The position numbers were made by a program, and so were the translations under genes. The notes under the pieces were generated by a model. That model had not been told where the DNA came from. It saw only the letters and a list, made by a program, of their open reading frames with translations, and made no database searches. Source: Candidatus Latescibacterota bacterium (lineage in GTDB: Bacteria; Latescibacterota; UBA2968; UBA8231). Taken from it: a stretch of DNA of 64,000 nt. Shown here piece after piece: positions 29,332-37,443 of this stretch (positions within the stretch are counted from its first letter, which is position 1; each line of letters opens with the position of its first letter). The stretch covers positions 3,360,001-3,424,000 of the forward strand of contig OZ241889.1 of the NCBI GenBank assembly GCA_965203355.1, written 5' to 3'.

Positions 29332-30225
29332 ATGCGTAAGAAAGCAGTTCTAGGGACCATGGTCCTCGGCGCTGTGCTGCTGGCAGGTTTCGCCAGGCCG
29401 GTGGCGGCATACGAAAACTGCAACGGCGTCGGCTATTTTGCCCTGCAAGTGCCCAATCCAGGATCCATGAACCCCGATGGCGATGGCAGCGATTGGGGTT
29501 GGTTCGATCCAGATTTCGTCGTCGGGCCCGATGAGTTGTGCGACGTGATCGGCGAAGGTGAGTTTCCATCGCGTAGCGACCTCGACATCGCGCACCACGT
29601 CGGCTGGACGCCAGAGCCGGACAATCGGCTCTATGTATTCACGCGCGTCCTCGACGACACGCTGAACGCCGACGTCACCGAACTGAACGATGGTTGGCAC
29701 GACGATGACCTCGAGCTGATTTTGGATCCGGATCACGGCGTGTGGAACGAGGCGCCTGATGCCCTCCGCACCGGACACCAGCAGTGGACCTTCCACTACG
29801 CCCGTCCCGGTGGTTACCCCCTCGTGTCCTTTTTGCGTTGGAACCAACCGGCGGAGATGCAGTGGGGCCCCGAGACCGGTGCTGTTGAAGGGGCCGTCTC
29901 GGTCTCTCCAGCGGGTGCCGGGCACTTGGCCACTGACGTGACGGTGAACTACGAAGTCCGCATGGAGGCCTACGATCCGTACATGCCGGATGGCCGCGAT
30001 GCAAGCGTCCGCTGGGTCTTCGAAGCCGGCCAGACGATCGGCATGTCCCTGAGCCTCAACGAGGCGGACGGTGGCGGCCGAACGCATCAGATTACGACGC
30101 ACATCCAAAATGGCGGGGCGCATAGCTCGGAATTCACCTCGGAATTCACCTTGCTAAGCACCGATGAGTACGCTACGGCCGTTGAGGCGAGCAGTTGGGG
30201 CGCAGTAAAGGCACTGATGCGGTAA
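29332..30225 (+). CDS. Secreted CBM9/DOMON-like protein with C-terminal TAVEASSWGAVK motif
   Basis: Signal peptide; DGDGSDW, GWTPEPDNRLY, WHDDDLELILDPDH, YEVR, GQTIG. Paralogue of 47856-48752. GAGGAG RBS. Confidence 0.6.
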   Translation: MRKKAVLGTMVLGAVLLAGFARPVAAYENCNGVGYFALQVPNPGSMNPDGDGSDWGWFDPDFVVGPDELCDVIGEGEFPSRSDLDIAHHVGWTPEPDNRLYVFTRVLDDTLNADVTELNDGWHDDDLELILDPDHGVWNEAPDALRTGHQQWTFHYARPGGYPLVSFLRWNQPAEMQWGPETGAVEGAVSVSPAGAGHLATDVTVNYEVRMEAYDPYMPDGRDASVRWVFEAGQTIGMSLSLNEADGGGRTHQITTHIQNGGAHSSEFTSEFTLLSTDEYATAVEASSWGAVKALMR

Positions 30226-30254
30226 GCAAAAAAGACGCCGCTATCTTTCATCTG

Positions 30255-30287
30255 AGGGGGGAGGACTGTTCTCCCCCCTTAACTTTC
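30255..30287 (+). terminator. Strong hairpin after the first operon gene (partial terminator or stabiliser)
   Basis: Stem AGGGGGGAG...CTCCCCCCT with a weak U tail (TTAACTTT). Confidence 0.55.
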
Positions 30288-30321
30288 TAACGCATATCCG
30301 ATCCTGCGCGGAGAGGTTGTT

Positions 30322-31044
30322 TTGAGACCGCTTTTTAGCTGCTTATTGATTTTGGTTGCGTTCGGCTGTGGGCGCTATTTTCCGGGGTCTCTCCAGCCCC
30401 GACCTAGTTCCGAACAGGGCGAACACATGGTGGTCCACGACGACGGATCAGTGGCCTATGTATTCGAGAGGCTCGATATCGCGATTCGACCGATGACGGA
30501 CGCGGAACTCAATCGCAGTTTCGCCACAAGGTCGGCCGACGGCCCCCTATCTACCAATCCCTTCACATTCGGTGATTGGACCCCCCCGGGCGAGTCGTTT
30601 ACGCCCCAGCGATTTACCGTATTCCTCCTTCGGGTCAAGAACTATGCGTATCCGAAGGTCAAGATCGATCCCGCTAGGATCGAGTTGCGATCCGCCAGCG
30701 AGCGTTCCTACAAGCCCCTGACATTTCTCGAAATCAGTGAGTACTATCGAGCGTACGCGTTGGCTTGGGCCGGAAACTACTATGCGCGTATGCGCGAGCG
30801 CGAGGATCTCTTGCGTCTCCATATGTATGCTGACAAGATGATCTTCAGTGGCCAAGAGTACGAAGGCTTTCTCGTATTTCCGCCCATGCCACCAGACGTG
30901 ATCGAGTTGGCTGTCCACGTCGACGACGTTGCCATTCGTTTCAACTATGCTGATGAGCCCGTGGAGACCGTGGACCTGACCTACGGATTCCAACGCGAGG
31001 TCTTCAGGGGATACCAGCCACCCGCCACCGTCTCGGCACGCTGA
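30322..31044 (+). CDS. Hypothetical lipoprotein
   Basis: Lipobox VAFGC; NPFTFGDW, VKNYAYPKV, GFLVFPP. Confidence 0.7.
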   Translation: MRPLFSCLLILVAFGCGRYFPGSLQPRPSSEQGEHMVVHDDGSVAYVFERLDIAIRPMTDAELNRSFATRSADGPLSTNPFTFGDWTPPGESFTPQRFTVFLLRVKNYAYPKVKIDPARIELRSASERSYKPLTFLEISEYYRAYALAWAGNYYARMREREDLLRLHMYADKMIFSGQEYEGFLVFPPMPPDVIELAVHVDDVAIRFNYADEPVETVDLTYGFQREVFRGYQPPATVSAR

Positions 31045-31045
31045 C

Positions 31046-32929
31046 GTGCCTCTCACGGCCAAACGCGCGGATGTAGCTATCCCGCTTGTCCTGACGTTCC
31101 TCTTGAGCATTGATGCAGGCGGCCAGCTCGAAACCGTGCGCATCGGACAGGGCGGCGACACTTGGCAAAGCATGGCGCTCGTAGTGGCCGGTGCGCAGGT
31201 AACGGCCGATTCGCTGCTGCCAGCCGGCTTCAAGGTCAACGAGAATATCGTCGCCGCCGTTCGCTGGACGGATGTGGGCACGGGCCCAGACGAGTTTATA
31301 CCCGAGGGCGGAGCGCGGGTGTGGGCACGCGTTGCCGACGGTCAGCCCAATGACGTCCTCATCGACGGCAAGCCAAATACATCCACTGGGGAGCGATTTC
31401 AGATTCCTGGCCAGTCCCAAGACGGTCGGATATTCGTCTTTGATTTAGGGGCCTCGTTTCCCGTCGAGCAGATTGCCTTCTTCCCCAACCCGGCCGATAG
31501 CACGGCCTTCCTGCGGGCTTACGAGCTCAAGGTTAGCGACGGGCGCTCTTTTGACGCGGACGAGCGGCCGATCTACGAGACCATAGCGCGGGTCGAGGTC
31601 GCCAGCGAGGTTCGGACGGAGGTCGAGTTTCCGCGGCAGTTGGTCCGGTATATCCGCTTGGAAACGCTGGAACCGAATCCCTTTGACATCGCCGAGATTG
31701 AGGTGTTCGGGCGGGGATTTGTGCCGCGTGCTCAGTATCTCTCCAATTTCATTGATTTCGGCGGCGGCGGGCGCAACTTTGGTCGCCTAACAGTTGACGC
31801 GACCCGCGTGTCCACTGAGCCCAATGTGGGTTCGGACGATCCGGTTCAGGCGGTGTTACAGGTGCGGGCGGGCAGCGACACTTCGCCTGAGTCCTATTTC
31901 CAGATAAATCTTGAAACCGGCAGTGAGACGGAGATTTCAGAGGAGGCTTACCAGAGCCTCATAGACCGCGAGCGCACGGCGAGATACGATGCAGAAAACT
32001 GGAGTGCGTGGTCGAATCCGGTGTCGATCGATTCGACGGGTTCCTACGAACTCAGCCTCGATTTTTTGCCGATGCCGAGGCCCTTCTTCCAGTTCAGGTT
32101 CTTCTTTGAGGGCACTGCGACCGACGTGATTCGGATTGACGCTCTGGAATTCACCCACTCGCCCCCCCTCGCCCAAGGGACGCGCGCCGAGATCGCCCTT
32201 GTCGGCGATCCTTTTCCGCAGGCAGGCGTGGCCACCGTCGCTACGGGACAGCCGGCGACCTTGGAATACGCTTTGACTGCGGAGTTGTCCGGCGATGAGG
32301 GATTCGATGGTTTGCGCATCGCAACGCCGGGTGCTGTTCAGTTGGAATCCGTGCTGATCGGCGACGACCGAGAGCAAGTGATCGTCGACAGCCTCGTTGT
32401 CGACGACAGCGGCATGTCGCTCTTCTTTCCGAGCCGCCGGATTACGGCAGAGAGCAACGCCACGCTCTTCGTGCGGTTCACGGCAACGCCCTTGCGATAC
32501 ACGACCCTATTTCAGGGTTGGCTCTTAGATTCGGTTGGCGCGGTTCCGCAGCGGGTTGCCCCCGGGGATGCCACCAACCTGCTCGGCACGAATTCCGTCC
32601 TCGTCTTCGGTTCCCTTGGCGATCCGCTTGGCCGATTCGACTTGGGCACCGGTGTCGTGACCCCGAATGGAGACGGGCGGAACGACGACTTGGCGTTGCG
32701 GTACGACCTCGTATTCCTCATTGAACCCGCGCAAATAGGCATTACAGTACACGATCTCTCGGGTCGGCTCGTTCACACCCTCCGGCAAGAGGAGCAGGCG
32801 GCAGGCAGCTACTTAGCCACGTGGACCGAGGCCCACAGACTGGTGCCGGGGCACTACATCGTCCGACTGCACGTCGAAACGCAGACCAAGACGTTTGAGC
32901 GCCTCCGGATCGTGGCGGTGTCCTACTGA
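31046..32929 (+). CDS. Secreted protein with discoidin-like domain and FlgD/CHU_C-like C-terminal Ig domain (paralogue 1)
   Basis: LIDGKPNT, FDLG..FP, AEIEVFGRG, WSAWS, TPNGDGRND, HDLSGRLV, PGHYI, terminal VSY. Confidence 0.75.
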   Translation: MPLTAKRADVAIPLVLTFLLSIDAGGQLETVRIGQGGDTWQSMALVVAGAQVTADSLLPAGFKVNENIVAAVRWTDVGTGPDEFIPEGGARVWARVADGQPNDVLIDGKPNTSTGERFQIPGQSQDGRIFVFDLGASFPVEQIAFFPNPADSTAFLRAYELKVSDGRSFDADERPIYETIARVEVASEVRTEVEFPRQLVRYIRLETLEPNPFDIAEIEVFGRGFVPRAQYLSNFIDFGGGGRNFGRLTVDATRVSTEPNVGSDDPVQAVLQVRAGSDTSPESYFQINLETGSETEISEEAYQSLIDRERTARYDAENWSAWSNPVSIDSTGSYELSLDFLPMPRPFFQFRFFFEGTATDVIRIDALEFTHSPPLAQGTRAEIALVGDPFPQAGVATVATGQPATLEYALTAELSGDEGFDGLRIATPGAVQLESVLIGDDREQVIVDSLVVDDSGMSLFFPSRRITAESNATLFVRFTATPLRYTTLFQGWLLDSVGAVPQRVAPGDATNLLGTNSVLVFGSLGDPLGRFDLGTGVVTPNGDGRNDDLALRYDLVFLIEPAQIGITVHDLSGRLVHTLRQEEQAAGSYLATWTEAHRLVPGHYIVRLHVETQTKTFERLRIVAVSY

Positions 32930-32952
32930 GAAAGTAGGCGAGAGGAGGATTT

Positions 32953-35022
32953 ATGCGCACGCGAACGATGCTTGCCACGACGATTCTGCTCGTCGCGACA
33001 GCGGTTGTAGGCTACGGTCAGCGCCGCGTCGTGCAGATCGGTGGGGCGGCGGGAGACTTCTCGTGGTCACAGGTGCGTCAGAAGGCCGTCGCCCTCGATG
33101 ATACGACCGCTCCGGGTGCCTTGCAGCCGAGAGAGCTGCGGCCATGGGAAAACATCATGGTCGGCCCCGGGGCCTTCGCCAATATATTCGGCTTATCTTG
33201 GGCGGAGGGACAGGTAACAGGTAAGGCCTTCGGTTTCCAAGCGGGCGTTGACCCGCGTTTCTGGCACGGTGGCTACAGCCGCGAGGAGGCCGCGATCATC
33301 GATGGCGATCCCGAGACGGCAATCTCGCTGCGGCAGCTAATCGGCGAGGGGCCGGTACAAGTATTCAACCAGATTCTGCGCTTGCAGGAAGAAGTTTGGA
33401 CCTTTGATCTAGTGTTGGAAACGCCGATCAACCGGATCCTATTCTTTCCTCGGCAATCGGGTGTTGATAAGCGCGGCATTCCCAACAAGCAGGGATCGCC
33501 GCGGGCGTATCGTCTCTCGATACAGAACGAGGCGGAAGAATTTCTCCTCGAAGGCTCCGAGCCGGTCCCCAAGCGGACCCTTGCCACCCTTATCGAGGAA
33601 ACCAAGTCCAACGCGAAAAGCCGAATTGACGTCAGCTTTCCGCTGCAGCCAGCCAGATTTATCCGACTCGATTTGAGTTTGGCGGACCAGTTCTACAGCA
33701 TGGCTGAGTTCCAGGTCTATGGCGAGGGCGTCCCGACCCATGTAAGCTACGTTTCCACCGCCATTCCAATCGACGAGCCGGTCAACTTCGGCGAGATTAC
33801 CTACTCTTTCCGCCCGCTGCGACGAGACCGGGAAGCGGACGCGCTCGTCGAAGACCCCGCAGGCGACGCCCGCCTACTCATAGAAACCCGTTCCGGCACT
33901 GACGACACCCCGTTGGCTTACTACGTCGTCGATGACTTCGGGCGCGACAAGGAGGCGACAGAAGCGGAATGGCAGCGCGCTTCGTTGCCCCGGCGAGAGA
34001 GTCTCACCGTCCGCTATCCCAATCAGCGCAGTGTCGTCCTCGACGACGAGACCAACTGGTCGCCGTGGTCTTCACCCTATCGCTCATCTGGCCAGTTGAA
34101 CCGATCCCCGGATGGTCGCCAGTATTTGCAGTTCCGGGCGACGTTCCTGACGGGCGACGTGCTGTCCATTGGTCGGCTAGATTCCCTACAGTTCGAGGTT
34201 TCTCCGCGGCTCGCCTCGTCGCTCATTGGTGAGGTTTCCCTAGCAGATGCTGTTTCGACGGGCCTGACGACTGGGGAGCAGCCCGCGGAATTTCCCGTTG
34301 GAGAGCGACGTCTGCTCCACTTTGACATCGCGGCGGACTTCTCCAACGATTCACAGGGATTCGATGCCGTGCGGCTGACGGTCCCCTTTGGCACTCGCTT
34401 CAAGGGGCTGAGGATGGGCGATGCGGACCTCGTGGCAGTGGTGCCCGACAGCGTGTGGCCCGGGGACGGGATCGCCACCGATGGCGAGCTTTTCATCTCC
34501 TTCGCCTCCAATCGGGTGTCACGCGGCAATGATAGGCCCGTCCGCATTGATCTCGAATCCGCTCTTTTTACCTCTTCCGCGATCTTCGCCGGGGAAGTCG
34601 TCGATGCTGCCAGTGCCAACCTGCCCCAGTCGGTGGACGGGGGGAATGCCCGGGACGAGGTCCCCACCAACAGTCTGCAGGTTTTCTCGCGCGATGCGAG
34701 GACGACCGTTCTCGATGGGGTCCGTCTCATGCAGGTGGCGCTGACACCGAATGGGGACCGGGTGAACGACGAAATCCACGTCGAGTTCAGCGTTCTCTTC
34801 GTGGACGAAGCCGATGTGACCGTAAAGGTTTACGATGTCGCCGGACGCTATGTTGCGCTTCTAGACGCTGAGAATCGGGGCCGATCGGCTCAGCAGGTGT
34901 CTTGGGACGGTTTCGATGATGACCGCAACCTAGTCCCGCCAGGCCTGTATCTGCTTGTGATCGCGGTACATACCCAAAGAGAGCTCGCCCGGCAGCTACT
35001 GACAGTACCCGTCGTCTATTGA
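32953..35022 (+). CDS. Secreted protein with discoidin-like domain and FlgD/CHU_C-like C-terminal Ig domain (paralogue 2)
   Basis: IIDGDPET, FDL..FFPR, AEFQVYGEG, WSPWS, TPNGDRVND, YDVAGRYV, WDG, PPGLYL, terminal VVY. Confidence 0.75.
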   Translation: MRTRTMLATTILLVATAVVGYGQRRVVQIGGAAGDFSWSQVRQKAVALDDTTAPGALQPRELRPWENIMVGPGAFANIFGLSWAEGQVTGKAFGFQAGVDPRFWHGGYSREEAAIIDGDPETAISLRQLIGEGPVQVFNQILRLQEEVWTFDLVLETPINRILFFPRQSGVDKRGIPNKQGSPRAYRLSIQNEAEEFLLEGSEPVPKRTLATLIEETKSNAKSRIDVSFPLQPARFIRLDLSLADQFYSMAEFQVYGEGVPTHVSYVSTAIPIDEPVNFGEITYSFRPLRRDREADALVEDPAGDARLLIETRSGTDDTPLAYYVVDDFGRDKEATEAEWQRASLPRRESLTVRYPNQRSVVLDDETNWSPWSSPYRSSGQLNRSPDGRQYLQFRATFLTGDVLSIGRLDSLQFEVSPRLASSLIGEVSLADAVSTGLTTGEQPAEFPVGERRLLHFDIAADFSNDSQGFDAVRLTVPFGTRFKGLRMGDADLVAVVPDSVWPGDGIATDGELFISFASNRVSRGNDRPVRIDLESALFTSSAIFAGEVVDAASANLPQSVDGGNARDEVPTNSLQVFSRDARTTVLDGVRLMQVALTPNGDRVNDEIHVEFSVLFVDEADVTVKVYDVAGRYVALLDAENRGRSAQQVSWDGFDDDRNLVPPGLYLLVIAVHTQRELARQLLTVPVVY

Positions 35023-35029
35023 GGATTTA

Positions 35030-37381
35030 ATGACTATGGCAAAAACAAGCTGGTGCGTCATCGCCATGGCCGCGTGGCTGTCGTCCGGTCACGCCTTAGC
35101 CGATGAACTTCGCTTCGGTCGTCGCAGCGATTGGCAGCAGTGGACAAGCCCGACTGGGGCCATTCAGTTGCGGCAAGACGGCAAGGTCGAGCTGGGGTGG
35201 TACGGAACGGACACCGATCCGATGGACAATATGTCCCTGTTCTCACATCCCACCCGGAAAAGTGGTGCGGTCTTTGGCGGCTTGACGGCACACTCGAACA
35301 ACCGCGCCGCTCGGTTTCTCTTCGATAACGACCACGACACGTGGTGGCAGCCTGATGCTGGTGCCGATCCCGACAATGCGTGGATACACATCGACCTAGG
35401 GCGCCTCGTCCTGCTGAAGGATATCCGCTTGGTCTTTCCCGACACCCTCGACGTACGCCCCTTCCGGGATTTCTCGGTTTTTGTCAGCGAAGGTTCGACG
35501 GTGTCTCCGTCCGCGGATGTCTGGCGATTCCAGCGCGTTTTCACGACCGCCGAGCCCAACGAGTTGGGCGAGATCGTCATTCCCTTGTCGATTGAGGATT
35601 TTGGCGACGTGGCGACCGGCGATAATCTGGTGACGGGCAAGTCGCTGGACTTCATGCCCGTGCATTACATCCGCTTTCTTCCGCACGAGGTTGGCGAAGG
35701 CGCGGCGCTGGCCGAGATCGAAGTGACCGCGATCGGCGATAATATCGCGTTGACGACCTTTGATCGGGGAGGGACGATCCGCTCGGGACGCCCAAAAGTG
35801 GAAGAGCTCCGCGATGGAACTGTGGACAATGCTTGGCCCTTGATTGCAAATAACCTCAATCGCTTCTGGCAGGATGGCGGGATGTGGTTTGAGTGGGATC
35901 TGGGCGCCCTCTTCCACGTCAGCCGGATCGTGTTGTACCAGTGGCCGCCCAATCATCTAGGGCGCACGACATTCGGAATCGGCGGTACCAACAACGGGTA
36001 CAATCTGGAGATGACGGATGGGACGCCGATCGCCCGGGACGATTCATTCCGCAGTCCCTTTGACTACACGCGCATTTCGCTCGTCGACAACAGCCGGGCC
36101 CCGGTGCGCTACGTTTTCGACCACCAACTAGAAGATCGAGTGGGCCGCTATCTGTTTTGGAACCACTTTGATGTCCAGGACAGAAATGTTGGCTATATCA
36201 TGCTGGAAGTATTCATCTATTCCGCTGGCTACCCGGCACAAGCGGCCTTGACCTCCGACTTCATTGACCTCGGGGGCGCCAAGAGCATTACGGGGATTGC
36301 ATGGGATGCCGACACCCCGCCGGGGACCCGAATCACGGTACAGACTCGCACGGGCAATGAGCTCGACGTGGAGCGATTCTTCTTCAAGAAGAACGGCGAG
36401 CCGATCACCGAGGCGCAGTACAACAAGCTGCCCAAAGTGGTCCGGGGTGAGATCGTCGAAGTGCCCAAAGAGGGTGCGGACTGGAGTGGTTGGAGTGAGC
36501 CACACCTTTCGTCAGGCGAGTCCTTTCGGTCGCCCACCCCTAGACGACTCTTGCGAATGCGGGTGAGTCTGGAGACCGACGATCCGGCAATCACTCCGGT
36601 CCTCAACGCAGTGACTCTGCGCTTCGACGAAGCACTCGTGCAAAAAGGCGTTGAGGCTGCGATCTATCCACGGGAGGCGCGCGCTGGCGCGTGGCAGGAT
36701 TTTCGCTACGTGCTGCAACCCACCTTCACAGCCGGAGACCAGGGCTTTGATCGCGTGATTCTGCCTGTGCCAGGGGAAGTGCGGAATGTGTTGCTGCGCA
36801 TCAATGGTGAAGAAGCCGAAGCGGCGGTCGAAGCCACCGTGGACACGCTCGTCGTCGCCATGCCCCGCCGGACGCTGCGGGACTCGGTGGAGGTGATGTT
36901 CACGGCGCGACCGCTGAACAATCCCACCCGCTTCCTCGCATCCGTGGCGAACTCGGCACAACCGGATAATCGGCAAGAAGTGCGGCCGCTAGCGATCGAC
37001 GACGATGGCGATGGCGAGTTCGACCGCACGGACCGAGAGGCCCTTTTCGTCTTCTTGCCGAACACAACCTCAGGAGGTACTATCCGCAATCTCGTTGCAT
37101 CGAGCCGCGTCATCACGCCCAACGGCGACGCTATCAACGACCATTTGCACATTACCTTCGATCTATTTCGCACCAAAGTCGCTACCGAGCTACGGCTCTA
37201 CAACTTGTCAGGGCACTTGCTCAGGGTCATCGCCAGCCAGTCCGGAGCGACGCAGCAGCTAGTGTGGGATGGAATGGTGGATGATCGGCCTGCACCACCC
37301 GGGATCTATGTCTGCCGCATAGCGGTGCCGGCAGAGGCCGGGCCGGAGGCCAAAACGCTGCTGGTAAGTGTCGCCTACTAG
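35030..37381 (+). CDS. Secreted protein with two discoidin-like domains and FlgD/CHU_C-like C-terminal Ig domain (paralogue 3)
   Basis: LFDNDHDTWW, IDLGR, WDLGA, WSGWS, TPNGDAIND, YNLSGHLL, WDG, PPGIYV, terminal VAY. Confidence 0.75.
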   Translation: MTMAKTSWCVIAMAAWLSSGHALADELRFGRRSDWQQWTSPTGAIQLRQDGKVELGWYGTDTDPMDNMSLFSHPTRKSGAVFGGLTAHSNNRAARFLFDNDHDTWWQPDAGADPDNAWIHIDLGRLVLLKDIRLVFPDTLDVRPFRDFSVFVSEGSTVSPSADVWRFQRVFTTAEPNELGEIVIPLSIEDFGDVATGDNLVTGKSLDFMPVHYIRFLPHEVGEGAALAEIEVTAIGDNIALTTFDRGGTIRSGRPKVEELRDGTVDNAWPLIANNLNRFWQDGGMWFEWDLGALFHVSRIVLYQWPPNHLGRTTFGIGGTNNGYNLEMTDGTPIARDDSFRSPFDYTRISLVDNSRAPVRYVFDHQLEDRVGRYLFWNHFDVQDRNVGYIMLEVFIYSAGYPAQAALTSDFIDLGGAKSITGIAWDADTPPGTRITVQTRTGNELDVERFFFKKNGEPITEAQYNKLPKVVRGEIVEVPKEGADWSGWSEPHLSSGESFRSPTPRRLLRMRVSLETDDPAITPVLNAVTLRFDEALVQKGVEAAIYPREARAGAWQDFRYVLQPTFTAGDQGFDRVILPVPGEVRNVLLRINGEEAEAAVEATVDTLVVAMPRRTLRDSVEVMFTARPLNNPTRFLASVANSAQPDNRQEVRPLAIDDDGDGEFDRTDREALFVFLPNTTSGGTIRNLVASSRVITPNGDAINDHLHITFDLFRTKVATELRLYNLSGHLLRVIASQSGATQQLVWDGMVDDRPAPPGIYVCRIAVPAEAGPEAKTLLVSVAY

Positions 37382-37443
37382 TAGTTTAGAAAGGTTGATT
37401 TAATGACGATACGCGGTGGGAAACTAACACGGGAGAGTTGGAC

